This document shows positions 1 to 13,400 of a DNA stretch of 64,000 nucleotides, piece after piece (position 1 is the first letter of the stretch; every line of letters begins with the position of its first letter). The notes beneath the pieces were generated by a model that saw only the letters and a program-made list of their open reading frames with translations, had not been told where the DNA came from and did no database searches. The DNA comes from Eledone cirrhosa (lineage: Eukaryota). The position numbers and the translations under genes were made by a program. Where the stretch lies: assembly GCA_964016885.1 (NCBI GenBank), contig OZ024751.1, positions 45,632,001-45,696,000 on the forward strand. Reading direction: 5' to 3'.

Positions 1-219
1 ATGTAAGTCTATAGTGAAATATACTTTTCAAGGGCTTTAACTAAAAATAAAACAACTCTTCAAATCTATAAAAAGTGTAGAAACCCATTCTAGTATAGAG
101 TAACACTAAATTGTTAGAGTGTGTTAGCTAGAATATATTATATACGAGGGTATATATAATGTATATAAGCGATAATATATGAAGCGTGTTTATAAAACGA
201 AATATAAAGCTGATATTAC

Positions 220-360
220 CTTGACTGTCGCTACCAATGCTGACTGGTTAGGGCGCAGCCATGTTTACCTGATTTCGCCAATCATCGGATAACATCGACA
301 GAAGCGTTCGGCTATCTCCGTTCAAATTCGGTGACGGTTGAGGTTAGAGCGGAGATCACA
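220..360 (-). promoter_or_regulatory. Probable promoter and first exon of a gene running leftwards out of the window
   Basis: Local CpG-rich patch with a CCAAT box (gccaatc, about 277-283). The minus strand reads AAACATGGCTGCGCCC (YY1/initiator-like), followed by a donor CAAG|GTAATA at 220/219. Confidence 0.5.
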
Positions 361-855
361 TACTCTCTTTCTCTTTCTTTCTTATAATTCTTTTTTTTTC
401 TTTCTGTTTCTCTCTCTTCTTTTCTCTCTATTTATGTTTTCTTCTCTTTCTTTTGCTTTTTTCCCTTCCTCTCTCATTTTCTCTCTCTCCCCTGCTTCAA
501 AACATTGACGGAATAAAAACGATACACACATGCACACATACACACACGCACACATAGACAAACTCACACACACATACACACACATATAAATATGTTTATA
601 TGTATGTATGTACATATATATGTATGTGTGTTTAGAATAGGCATGCCATAAGAAACGACTAAAAGGGTTGGCGTCGCGGAGGGCATCCGACTATAAAACA
701 TTGCCTCAAAAATTCATATTCAACCCATGCCAGCATGGTAACTCAACTCACAGTCACCATCCTCATGGAAAACAACAGTTAAGTTAGTGTAAACATATCC
801 AATGTAGTGAGCAGATCGAAATAATGCATTTCCCTCTACTAATTAAGCACCAACA

Positions 856-856
856 C

Positions 857-891
<35 letters not shown>

Positions 892-1540
892 CCACCACCA
901 TCACGACCATCACCATCATCATCACCGCTGCCACCACCACCATCATCAGCAGCACTGCCACCACCACCATCATCAGCAGCACTGCCACCACCACCATCAT
1001 CATCACCACTGCCACCACTATTATCATCACCACTACACCACCTCCACTTGCATCATCACCACTGCCACCACCACCTGCATCATCACCACTGCCACCACCA
1101 CCACCACCTGCATCATCACCACGGCCACCACCACCACCACTATCATCATCACCACTGCCACCACCACCACCACCACCACCACCACCACCACCACTATCAT
1201 CATCACCACTGCCACCACCATTATCATCAGCATTGCCACCACCACCACTTGCATCATCACCACTGCCACCACCACTACTACCACCCCTGCCACCACCACC
1301 ACCACCACCACTGCCACCACCATTATCATCACCACTGCCACCACCACCACCACTACCACCACTGCCACCACCACTATCATCATCACCACCACCACCACCT
1401 GCATCATCACCACTGCCACCACCACCACTACCACCACTACAACAATCAGTACGATCATCACTATCATCACCATGACTGTCACTACCACCACCACCATTAT
1501 CACCAACACTATCATCACCATCAGTATCATCAACATCACT
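856..1540. repeat. Compound (CAT/CAC)n trinucleotide repeat
   Basis: Directly visible. It explains the poly-His/Thr/Val ORFs. Confidence 0.95.
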
Positions 1541-1651
1541 GATTCAGAAAGGGATGGACCATGGAAGAAGAAACATCAAAGAAGAAACATCTCTTTATCT
1601 TTAGCCTATATTGAATTAAGAATGTTATGTAACAAACTTATTATTTAAGAT

Positions 1652-1732
1652 GCTGTCTGATGAAGTCCTGTTGGTGTTTGCATGATGACTGCCGTTCGTA
1701 AACAGGAACACCACAGAAATATGTATTATAGT
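1652..1732 (+). ncRNA. Degenerate hammerhead ribozyme-like motif
   Basis: GCTGT-CTGATGA-(long stem containing TGGTGTT/AACACCA)-GAAA-TATGTA-TT-ATAGT. Stem II is irregular. Confidence 0.4.
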
Positions 1733-2027
1733 TGATTCTGAATAAAATCAATTATGAATATCTACATATGGCCTTCACAATTATCATTATTGTATGTGTA
1801 TATATATATATAATATATTATAAGAACAGATTAACGTTTAAGCAAAGAATCGCTGCTTTCACCCTTAATGAGATCTTCTGAAACTTTAATCTGTTAATAA
1901 ATATTTGCTCTATGGGTTTATATATATATATCATATATATTATATATATAATTCTTATTGAGCCCTCTTCGGATTTTAGTCTTCACAATATTTATTACTA
2001 TATATATATATAATCATCACTGTTTAA

Positions 2028-2762
2028 CCCTTTAGAATTTACATTACTCTATATATACTATTATATTTTCATTGTAAAGGCTTTACCTCACATAATATCT
2101 CACATAACATTCACATTACTCTATATATACTATTATATTTTCATGGTAAAGGCTTTACCTCACATAATATCTCACATAACATTCACATTACTCTATATAT
2201 ACTATTATATTTTCATGGTAAAGGCTTTACCTCACATAATATCTCACATAACATTCACATTACTCTATATATACTATTATATTTTCATGGTAAAGGCTTT
2301 ACCTCACATAATATCTCACATAACATTCACATTACTCTATATATACTATTATATTTTCATGGTAAAGGCTTTACCTCACATAATATCTCACATAACATTC
2401 ACATTACTCTATATATACTATTATATTTTCATGGTAAAGGCTTTACCTCACATAATATCTCACATAATATCTCACATAACATTCACATTACTCTATATAT
2501 ACTATTATATTTTCACAGTAAAGGCTTTACCTCACATAATATCTCGCATAACATTCACATTACTCTATATATACTGTTATATTTTCATGGTAAAGGCTTT
2601 ACCTCACATAATATCTCACATAATATCGAATCTATGAGATTTTGAAAGTATTTATTTTGAGAACAATACCTTAACATCAGTTTGAGCGACCAGTTACAGC
2701 CAGTTTCAACAGAAAGAGGTAGAGAATTCTGGCTGGTTTGGGCCGGTTTGAACATTAAAGGG
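2028..2762. mobile_element. piggyBac-like MITE (TTAA TSD, CCCTTTAG...TAAAGGG ends) with an internal tandem expansion
   Basis: TTAA at 2024-2027 and 2763-2766. Homologous to the approx. 208-bp copies at 11226 and 18800. Confidence 0.8.
2041..2625. repeat. 72-bp tandem repeat, 8 units
   Basis: Units start at 2041, 2113, 2185, 2257, 2329, 2401, 2485 and 2557. One unit is 84 bp because of an extra CTCACATAATAT. Confidence 0.95.
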
Positions 2763-3241
2763 TTAATATCTATTTTCCATGTTTGCATGGGTTCAGCTGT
2801 AGACATCACCGGTACCAAGCTGTATTGGCCATTGCCTTTCCTTTGGACAACATCGGTGACATGGAGAGGGAAGACTGATCTATATGGATGACTGTTGCTC
2901 CTCCACAAAAATACCTTGCTCAGGCTTGTGCCTCGGGAGGGAACTTTCCAGGTGTAAAACCATAGTCATTCATGACCAAAGGGTGCCTGCAATGAAATAT
3001 ATATATATGTCCAACCCATGCAAGCTTCGAAAAGAGGACATAAAAACGATAATGTGTATATACATATATATATATATATATAAATAAATATACACGGGTG
3101 TGTATGATTGTGTATAGAAGATTATATTAATAAAAGGAATTCCAACTATGTCTGATTTACTCGTTTTATTTACAATCCTTTAAAATTATAATGATATTAT
3201 AATGAAATAGTATGGTAGAATATTAAATGTTAAGTGTTAAT

Positions 3242-3280
3242 TGAACAAGTACTTTCACGCTTTCGCACTCTTCAGGTTCA
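3242..3280 (-). ncRNA. Minimal type I hammerhead ribozyme
   Basis: TGAAC-CTGAAGA-GTGC GAAA GCGT-GAAA-GTAC-TT-GTTCA. Confidence 0.75.
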
Positions 3281-3322
3281 TATTTAGTTGAAAATTGCAA
3301 ACTTGACTGTCACCACAGAATA

Positions 3323-3361
3323 TGAACCTGAAGATTGCGAAAGCATGAAAGTACTTGTTCA
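3323..3361 (+). ncRNA. Minimal type I hammerhead ribozyme
   Basis: TGAAC-CTGAAGA-TTGC GAAA GCAT-GAAA-GTAC-TT-GTTCA. Confidence 0.7.
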
Positions 3362-3478
3362 ATTAACACTTAACATTTAATATTCTACCATACTATTTCA
3401 TTATAATATCATTATAATTTTAAAGGATTGTAAATAAAACGAGTAAATCAGACAAAGTTGGAATTCCTTTTATTAATA

Positions 3479-3527
<49 letters not shown>

Positions 3528-3571
3528 AAGTTAAATAAAAGTCAAATGATTAAAATTTAGCTTCGTTTATT

Positions 3572-3626
3572 ACTGCTATATATATTTCAGTGACAGCCAT
3601 CTTTGGCTGTGACCTCTTCAGGCAGT
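3572..3626 (-). ncRNA. Minimal type I hammerhead ribozyme (mirror copy)
   Basis: Reverse complement of 3844-3898. Confidence 0.8.
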
Positions 3627-3843
3627 TTGAATTAGTATGGTATAGACAAGTACATATGTTGTTTAGGTGTATGATATTGTCAATACTCTCATATGCCCAG
3701 TTCCCTGTTGGGTTGTTAATTCACAGATATGACTCCAGTTCCCCAGTGAATTAACAACCCAACAAGGAACTGGGCATATGAGAGTATTGACAATATTATA
3801 CACCTAAACAACATATGTACTTGTCTATACCATACTAATTCAA

Positions 3844-3898
3844 ACTGCCTGAAGAGGTCACAGCCAAAGATGGCTGTCACTGAAATATATATAGCAGT
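3844..3898 (+). ncRNA. Minimal type I hammerhead ribozyme
   Basis: ACTGC-CTGAAGA-GGTCACAGCC AAAGAT GGCTGTCACT-GAAA-TATATA-TA-GCAGT. Stems I and II pair and loop III is palindromic. Confidence 0.8.
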
Positions 3899-4044
3899 AA
3901 TAAACGAAGCTAAATTTTAATCATTTGACTTTTATTTAACTTTATTTTACACTACTCCGGAGTAACCAAACCAACCTGCGCACTTCGTCGAGTGCTCCAG
4001 CCTGCATACTGAGGTGTTGGTATACAACCAACATAAACTCAAAA

Positions 4045-4077
<33 letters not shown>

Positions 4078-4465
4078 GCAGATGATTAGGGATATATCTC
4101 AGGTAACGTTGTACACAATATTTTACAACATTTATCATCATCATCATCATCACGATCACCACCATCATCATCATCATCACTATAGTCAAGCTGTTACTTC
4201 AACCTAGATGTTATATTTATTTTTGTGTCACCAGACATTCTTTAATACAATGCAATATGTGTTTATTCTTCCCCCACCCCACCCTGCTGCCCTTCTCTTC
4301 CACAGCAACATGTGGCTGTTTGTCTTACTGACCAGAAGCTACACAAACAAAAACATGTACACACACACATATGGTGTAGAGCAGGGAAAGTAATGATGAT
4401 ATATATATATATATATATATATATACATTACATATCTGCTTTCCCTGCTCTACACCATATGTGTG

Positions 4466-4512
<47 letters not shown>

Positions 4513-4586
4513 TTATATATATATATTCATATATATATACATATATATAAAGAGAGAGAGAGATGTACTGTGTTGTTTGCATACAT

Positions 4587-4628
<42 letters not shown>

Positions 4629-5123
4629 CGTCATCATCAAAATCATTTTACACCTGTTTATTTTTACTGGCATGAGTTGAACACTTAACATGAGGTAATG
4701 AAGGAACCTCAAAGTGGTCGTTTAGTCTGCTAGTAATCATAGCAGAATCTTGCTCAAATCACACCTCAGTGTCTTATAATAGTATAATGTGGTCCCAGGT
4801 CCTTGAACATAGTAAAAAGATGGAATGGTCATATCTAGCTGGTATGTCTTTGACCACTGGCCTGTTCAATAAGGATTTTTCTACCACTATTACAATGGCC
4901 TCTGCTTCTCAGAGTTGGCTGGTCTCTTACCCCCTTCCCTCAGATCTAGCATAGTTTCCTCTGTGCAGGCCCTGGCCAATGTCCCTCACCCCAGATCTAG
5001 CATAGTTCCTTCTACAGATGTTGAAAATGAACACCAGCCACATCAATCTCATCAGTCTGGGATGAAGACCTGCATTTCCTTCTTAAACTAATCAAGAAAA
5101 ATCCACCCATCCCAGCATAGATA

Positions 5124-5168
<45 letters not shown>

Positions 5169-6099
5169 GTGATGAAGATGATCATGATGATGAAGATAAA
5201 AATGAAGATGGCGTTGCTGATGATGATGAATAGGATGAAAACAAATTAGGTACAAGGCACATTTCATTCAGGAGGAATAAAATAGAAGGTCAACCTCAGC
5301 AGGAATTGAACTCGGAAATTAGAGGTGGGGACGATACCTAATACTGTAATCTGATATTTGATATTTGATGCACCATTTTAACATTTTAGTCTTCCATATT
5401 TACTGCTCTTACGTAATATTGGGTGAAGGTCATACATTTCTGAGAGGGAACGCAACCAAATGAATCAATTAAATTGCGTGGTTCACTCCCCCGCAAAGAT
5501 GCAAAGCCAAGTCGACCTTGGTGCGCTTGGAATTAAGAATGTGAAGGGAAGTAACCAAAAGACATTGTGTACGGCATTCTACAGATTCTACCATCTTCTG
5601 ACCTAGTTTCCTACGCAATAATAAAACGATAACGAAAGTGAAATGAACATTTGAATAGCTTCATTAAGACAAAAAAAAAAAAGGCGTGGTAACGGTGACG
5701 GTTGAAACACTGTACCGCAAATAGATTTTGTGCTATCTTATGTTATATAAAACTTGGAGAGCCATTGCTAAAAAATTACACAAAGTTTCATCAATATTCA
5801 GAACATGCCTTTTAATTATTTTGATACCACTGCGCATTGACAAGCCCTAGTGTAAGCTGTTACGTTTACGTCTAAATCTGACACGATTTAATCGTAAGGG
5901 TCTGCTCGACCAGAGTTGACATGGGTTTAAACAACGAAAACTGCATCTACACATTTGTCACAAAATAGTAGGACTAAATGCTTTAGAAATTTTTTTGCTG
6001 TTCCTCTCTCCTTCCTAGCTTGATTGAGATCATGCTGGAGTCCATAACATAATCAATACTAGTATTCTGAGGTAGCTAAAATATGTATCAGTATTTAAT

Positions 6100-6323
6100 A
6101 TTGGTTTCTGATTTAGGCACAAAGCCAACAATTTTGTGTGAGAGGAAAGTCGATTAAATCTACACCAGTGCGTTACTGGTACATTATTTTATCGTCCCCG
6201 TGAGAATGAAAGGCAAAGCTAATCGCGGCGTGATTTGAATTCAGAACGTAAAAGGTCGAAGAACTACATGCCACAGAGCATGTTGTCCGACGCTCTACCG
6301 ATACTGCCAGCCACCCACCAGCC
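6100..6323 (-). mobile_element. tRNA-derived SINE with Nin/Deu-like core
   Basis: The minus strand has A-box TGGCAGTATCGG, a B-box-like ATTCAAATC and a GCCTTTCATxC...GATAAAATAAxGTACCAG core. Many copies occur in the window. Confidence 0.8.
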
Positions 6324-6622
6324 TCACATTAGACACATATGATAAAGATCAGTTGTCGCTAGACAAGAGCATCATGGAAACTGAGGGGATTCGAAAACAG
6401 CATTGATATTGATATTTTAACCGTTACTTCAAGTACCAGTAATATTCGGTGTAGATTAAAACACCTTCTTTATATGAATATGTATATATCACCCATGTTG
6501 GCGTTAGTGATCATTATAACGAAAAGAAAACTGATTTAAAAATAAGCGCCAAGGTTGAAATATTAATATCTATTCGTTTATCTGGAAAGAAGTTCTTATC
6601 ATTCGCTACTCAAAGTTTTACC

Positions 6623-6699
<77 letters not shown>

Positions 6700-6851
6700 C
6701 TATTATCATTTTATGTGTATAAACAACTAATGAATAAGTTATTTTTGCGAACATATCATCATCATTCTCAGACGGTATATGCAGACGAAGTTTTTATAAA
6801 TAGAATAGAATAGAATATATATGTGTATATATATATATATATTCTATTATA

Positions 6852-6903
<52 letters not shown>

Positions 6904-6989
6904 GAGAGAGAGAGAGAGAAAGTGTGTCTATGAATGAAACTAGGTTTCCAACAACGAGCAAGTGCCCTAGCCGGTAAATTCGTCGTGCA

Positions 6990-7063
6990 ATTAGAGGTCA
7001 CCGGAAGAAGAGTCTTCTTAATTTCCGAGCTTTGAAGAGTTCTCCTTTGCTAAACACGCCAAG
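6990..7063 (+). promoter_or_regulatory. SAMM50 proximal promoter / 5' UTR
   Basis: CpG patch with ETS/GABP-type CCGGAAG (7001-7007) and AGGTCA (6995-7000), about 60 nt upstream of the ATG. Confidence 0.45.
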
Positions 7064-7084
7064 ATGGGAACTGTCCAGGCTAAA
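7064..7084 (+). CDS. SAMM50: SAMM50 exon 1
   Basis: MGTVQAK then gtaggt. Confidence 0.92.
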
Positions 7085-10000
7085 GTAGGTTTTTTTAAAA
7101 ATAAATATATTAGATATATGATTATAATCTGTCTATTTGTTTGATAAATTGTAATTCAATTCTCTGATTCTATTTACGTTGCCGATTTATATTCTCTGTC
7201 CATGCAGTAGTTATCTTCAACAAGTCTTTATCAGTAGTAAATACCACGATAGTCATCAACTCATGTGTATGACATTGAAGAATTCGTTATATTGATATTT
7301 GTCTATCTCTTTTACTCACTTATTTTGGCTGGATTTCTTATATTTACTGTATTTGATTGCATATAGGACCCTTTTTCGCTCAGACATATTTCAGCAGAGC
7401 AAAGGTTTTAAGGCTGAAAGCACTCGTCTCCGCAAATAAGACCCGGGTGGTTTTTTTTTAAATTTTTTTTTTTAATCTGATGGTGATGGAAAAAAGTGTC
7501 TTATATGCCATCAAATACACTGATTTCTGTCGTTTAAGGACACATTTATTGTCAGGACACCTTTAGTAGACAACTACAACTCTGATATTATTTTGACAAC
7601 TTAGCATGTTCCCCTTTTTTCTGTTTTAATTCTATATGCTCACTGTTATATTTATATTTGTGTGTATATTATATAAGTTGTTGTTTTGTTTTTCTCTACC
7701 TATATTATCATTCCCGTACTTGATGCAGACAAAGTAGTCCTTTAGTAATAAGTGTGTCTCTCCTGTGTGTTATCGACGTCTTAGAAACCACCAAGGCAGA
7801 CCCCCCCCCCCCACACACACACAAAATGAATAAATAAAATAAAAATAAAAACTATTATCCGAGGAAACCCGTGGTGTTCGCAAAAAAAAAAAAAAAAAAA
7901 AAGTATTTGATAAATTTCGTAAAACGTACTGTGATGAGGATTGAATACTGATGCCCTTCATGGGCGAGGTCTGACATTTCAGATCCAACCGTGCCTGGAA
8001 CTCTACGACTTCATGAAGAAGACCACCACCAACCTTGAAACGACTCATTTCTCCCACGAATTTATTAACTTTAATCAATTTACTTTTCATTATCTTTCTT
8101 TCTTCTCGGGAATTATTTTGCGATCTTCCCACGATCGCAGGTTTTTTTTTTTTATAACATTCGTAATGCAAGCAAGAATTCCTGTGGGTTCCGTTTCGCC
8201 ACAGTGTCAGGCAAGTAGGCCACATATACCATTTATAGGATTGGTATGGTATGGTGTGGTGTTGTTTCGTCATTGTCTTTCAAAGCTACCAATCCTCTAT
8301 CTAGCGTTGAGGAGGTCACTCATCCTGACAGGGGAATTATTTTAACCGTTAGGATTTACACCTCCATCCACTCCTAATGCTCAAATAACTTCGTTCAGTA
8401 TTCTCAGTCGTAATCCTTTGCTTAAAGAAACCCCGGATGATACCAATATTGGTATTTTTGCTTTCTTTAATTTCGTTTTCTCATACCGTGATCCTGACAT
8501 CTGTGTGTGGAAAGAAAGTTGATTTGCTTATGTAGATATTCTAAAGTAAAGTTTAGCACATTTAATGGAGCGAGTCTTACTAATTGATATTCAAACCGCA
8601 ACGAAGAAAAAGAAAACAATATATTAATGGTTATTCTTGTCGAAAACACGGGAGACTACTCCAAAATTTGACTAGATTAAAACTTAATGGGTCCATGGAA
8701 TGAGGAATGAATGATCTTTGATAGTATGGTGGCAACATCGTACATGTTTCGGTTTGATTAGACCTCCTCAGCAAGGAGATTCCATATTAACAAGAAGATT
8801 CCATTGTAACTCTCCCATTGAGCCATCCGAAAAGTCGTAACTCTCTCATTAAGCCATCGGCTGAAGGTTCATAGGCTGACTATGAAGGTGTGATGCTAAA
8901 GCTGTGAAATCTTGCATGCATTAGTTTCAACGGCATTGTTTCTTTCCAGGGACTATGTTGAAAAATAAACTTCATTTGCTCATTCCATGAGAGTATCTTG
9001 GTCAGCCGATGAACTTTTTAGCTGATCCTTGTACATAGCCCCAATGCTAAATATTCCTGGTTACTGTTTCAGAATTGTCCACTTAATAGTTCCACAAAAT
9101 ATGTAATTTCTTGGTAAAGTTGATTCTAAAATATTGATATTGTATCTTCGATAGGGTATGGACTCTCCAAGAAGGAAAGATCCATATTCTCGCTTCAAAC
9201 AAGTGCCTCTTGACCAAATGCCTGTAAGTATTCTTAAGTCATTCTCTTGCATATCTTCTTTCTCCATTTGTAATTTCCTTCTCTTATATTCTGTCTTTCT
9301 ATCTTTCCATTTTCCTATCTTCCTATCTTCCTGCCTTCCTATCTTTCTGTCCTCCTATCCTTCCATTTTCCTATCTTCCTGTCTTGCTATCTTCCTATCC
9401 TGTCTTCATACTCTGTCTTCTCATTATTCTCTTATTCTAAACTGAGAGACTGTGAGACCTGTCAACCCAATGCAACACACACACACACACACATGCAGAA
9501 GCATACACCCAATATTTATACACACATGCATGCATGCATGTACACACTGACACATAATCACAAATTCACTCACGCATATATGTACCCACATGCACACAAC
9601 CACTCACATACATATTTTACATATACAAGTGCACACATGTACATACATGCACACGCACACAAACTTAGGTATATACTCACATTTACATGCAAACATACAC
9701 TCCCACACATGTACACATAAACACATTAACATGCACACACACAAACTCACATATATCTACATGTATGCAAACATACACTCTATACACACAGATATTTACA
9801 TGTTTGTTTGTTGTTTCAGGCAAAGGTACGAAGAGTGGTGGTTGATGGCCTGGGAAGGACCAAAAACGACATTATTCTTAAAGAAGTGAAGACGATATTT
9901 TCAGCGAAAAACTTTCAAGAGGTCAGTTATTGAAAAGGTTTAAGGTTCTATTTCAGCAAGACGGTGATGCCTGAAGTCTGGTCTGTGCATGCATGTATGT

Positions 10001-10401
10001 ATATAGGTAGATATGTGTATGTATGTATGTATATTATATATATCATCATCTCATCATCATCATCTTCGTTTAACGTCCATTTTCCACACTAGCATGGGTT
10101 AGACGGGAGTTGTCCCACTTGAGGCAAGGCTGGTCGGGTGACCGTGTCTCGCTCATATAGGACTATCTGGCAGGTTTTCTACGGCTGGATGCCCTTCCTA
10201 ACACCAACCACATTTATAGTGTGGAACTGGGAACTTTTTACCGTGTTACCTACACGGCCACATTACAGTGTGGACTGTGTGTGTTTTTTTTTGTCATGAC
10301 ACCTACACGAACTCGATCTCATTTTCTCGTGCTGTTGGTGGGAGTGGGAGGATAGGGTAGGGGTAGTAGATTGGGGTGTATATTTGGTTAAGAGGTGCCT
10401 A

Positions 10402-10436
<35 letters not shown>

Positions 10437-13400
10437 TAATTTAGGAAAGTTGGGTGATCAGATAATCCATTGACTTTGGTTGTAAACAGACGTAAAGCAC
10501 TCTATTTCTTTCCTTAAAGTATTATCAATAAGGTATCAGCTGGATACCCTTCCTAATACCAACCACATTTACATTGTGGACTGAGAGCCTTTTTACCGTG
10601 TCTCCTACACGACCACTTTACAGTGTGGACTGGATGTTCTGTGGTACCAACAATTTTACAAAGAAAGGATGGTGTGGGTAGCAGTGGAAGGATAGAATAT
10701 ATATATGCACATATGCACATATATATAGCTGTGTGTGTATGTATATTATAGGTGTGTGTGTGTATATATGTATGTGTATGCTGCTTCACCCATACATTAC
10801 TTGGACTTAACTTCCTTATACCTGCATATTGTTAACAGATGGTACATCGGACACATGATGTTAAAGTTCGGTTTGAGAAACTTGGTCTGTTTAAATCTAT
10901 CAAGATAATGATTGACAATCTGAAAGGTAAGACATTTCTCTTGATCACCCACATAGCTACTATTTATTTTATCAACCTTGGAGAGGTGAAATTTAATACT
11001 TTTGATAAGAACCCACCTGAAAAAAACCTGCCCCTGCTTCTACAATATATTTATGTTAAAGTATTTAATACAAAACTGTTTATATTAAAGTATTTATCAT
11101 CATCAGTATTGTTTAACGTTTATTTTCCATGGGTTGTCATGTTCTGAGGTTAGCCTAGTCAAGTGACTGTCTTGCTCTTACGTTCCATCGTTTGCTTGAT
11201 TTCCATGGCTGGATGCTCTTTTTAACCCTTTAGCATTTGTATTATTCTATATATACTATTGTATTTTCATGGTAAAGGCTTTATCTTACATAATTATCTC
11301 ACATAATATCAAATTTATGAGATTTTGATATTATTTATTTAAGAACAATACTTTAACGTTGGTATGAGTGGCCAGTTATAACCAGTTTGAACAGAAGATG
11401 TGAGAGAATACTGGCCGGTTTGAATGCTAAAGGGTTAATGCCTACCACTTACTGCCATAATAATAATAATAATGGTATCTGATTTAGGCACAAGGCCACA
11501 ATTTTGGGGAGGGGAAAGTCTATTAGATCAACCCCAGTGAATTACTGGTGCTTTATTTTATCGACCCCGTAAGGATGAAAGGCAAAGTTAACCTCGGCGG
11601 GATTTGAACTCAGATCGTAAAGGGACGTAACTCTATGCTTCAAAGCATGGTGTCCGACTCTCTACCGATACTGCCAATCCACCGCCTTACTTTGAATAAA
11701 TAATGAATGAATATTACATAATTTATCTACTAAATTTTGTGGCTGTTCATTAAATATATATTATTATCTATTTAAAGATTCACTTTAAAATTTTCAAATG
11801 TCAACACTTCCGGTGGCGATCGCTTAAATAAACATTTTAATTTTCTCCTAATGCAGTTTCATCATCATCATCATCACCGTTTTACGTCCGTTCTTCCACG
11901 CTAGCATGGGTTAGACGGGTTGTCTGGTCGGCTGACCATGCCTTGCTCATACAGGAACTGATTTGGCTTGATTTCTACAGCTGGATGCCCTTCCTAACAC
12001 CAACCTCATTTACAGTGAGTGCTGGGTGCTTTTTCGTGCCGCCTACACGTCCACTTAACAGTGTGGGCTGGGTGCTTTTTTGCCGTGGCACCTCCACGAC
12101 CACCTTGCAGTGGGAGTGTGTGGGGGCATATTGTCTATATACTTCAGCTTGTACCCATGGGAGGTCGGGTACTCTGTATTACTGCGTGACGCCAGAGGTC
12201 ACGGTCGTGTATCATCGCCTTTGAGAGGTGTAATTGGGTAAGGTCGGCTTTTATCACCTCATCCCAGGTCATCTTGGGTCTCCCCCACTCCGCAGTTTCC
12301 ATCGACTTCTAGTGCTCTGCACCTTTTTATGCAGCTGTCATCCTTCATACGCATCACATGTCCATACCAACGCAACCGCCTCTCCTGCACACGGCATTTG
12401 ATTCCTCTTATGCTCAGTCTCTCTCTCAATTCATTTATGCTTTGTCGTTCGCGTATATTACTATTACACATCCATCAGAGCATGCAGGCTTCGTTTCTCT
12501 AATCTACGTATGTCTTCCACATTCAGCGCCCAGGTCTCACTACCATGTAACATTGCTGTTCGGATACACGCATCATACAGTTTGCTTTTCATTTTGAGGG
12601 AGAAGCCTTTTGCAGCTAGCAGTGGCAGTAGTTCACTGAACTTCTTCCATCCCGTTCTTACCCTAGTTATTGTACTTTCTGAACACCCACCTCCACTGCT
12701 AATTCGGTCACCTAGGTAGCAGAAGCTGTCTACTGTCTCTACAGAGCCCTCCCAGAGATTGGTGGTACTTGTTTCCTGTGGTTGTTTGCTGCTTGCTGTC
12801 CCAGTACAGCTGCTGCATGTGAAGCCTACATTCTTAATTAAGCTTCCTGGGATCCCGCTACATCTCTTGTGTACCCATTTGCATTTGGGGCAGAGAATGG
12901 AGTTCCTACCTACACCTTTCCTACATACTGAGCAAGGCCATTTCCCTGAGTGGATCTGGGTTCTGTTTTCTCGTCTACTTACAAGGACCTTAGTCTTTGT
13001 CATGTTGACTTTGAGACCCTTTCTTTCTAGTCCTTGCTTCCAAGTTTGGAATTTCTTCTCTAGTTCTACCATAGATTCAGCTATAAGTGCGAGGTCATCA
13101 GCATACAGGAGTTCCCATGGGCATCCGGTCTTAAACTCCTCCGTTATTGCCTGCAGGACTATGATGAACAGGAGAGGGCTAAGAACAGAGCCCTGGTGGA
13201 CCCCAACATGTAAGCTAAATTCCTCGCTATACTCATTGCTAATCCTAACTTTGCTGACTGCTCTCCTATACATGGCTTGTACAGCTTTCACAAGCCATTC
13301 ATCTACTCCTAGTTTTCTAAGAGCCCACCAGATTACAGCACGTGGAACGCAGTTTATATATAATATCGTCTTTTTTTAATGTATCATGGATTACGTTACT

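Larger units (their letters stand above)
3123..3480. mobile_element. Fold-back element (162-bp arms, 34-nt spacer) with a hammerhead motif in each arm; Penelope-like pLTR derivative
   Basis: 3123-3284 is a near-exact reverse complement of 3319-3480. (TA)n tracts lie nearby on both sides. Confidence 0.8.
3521..4046 (+). mobile_element. Fold-back element (204-bp arms 3521-3724 and 3746-3949) plus a unique 3' tail, embedded in (TA)n; Penelope-like pLTR derivative
   Basis: Near-perfect inverted repeat with a hammerhead in each arm. The tail 3950-4046 ends in (TC)n(TA)n. Confidence 0.8.

Noticed and set aside
824-1648. His/Thr-rich ORFs
   Set aside because: They are translations of a (CAC/CAT)n repeat that is open in most frames.
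1812-1900. Short inverted repeat with a hammerhead-like trace
   Set aside because: The core is too degenerate (CTTAATGA) and stem I is not supported, so it is not called.
2143-2637. 164-aa repetitive ORF or CRISPR-like array
   Set aside because: It is a 72-bp tandem repeat inside a MITE, with no unique spacers and no cas genes, in a eukaryotic context.
7770-8345. Overlapping 167-aa and 134-aa ORFs in SAMM50 intron 1
   Set aside because: No recognisable domain, and they run through homopolymers. Probably decayed repeat.
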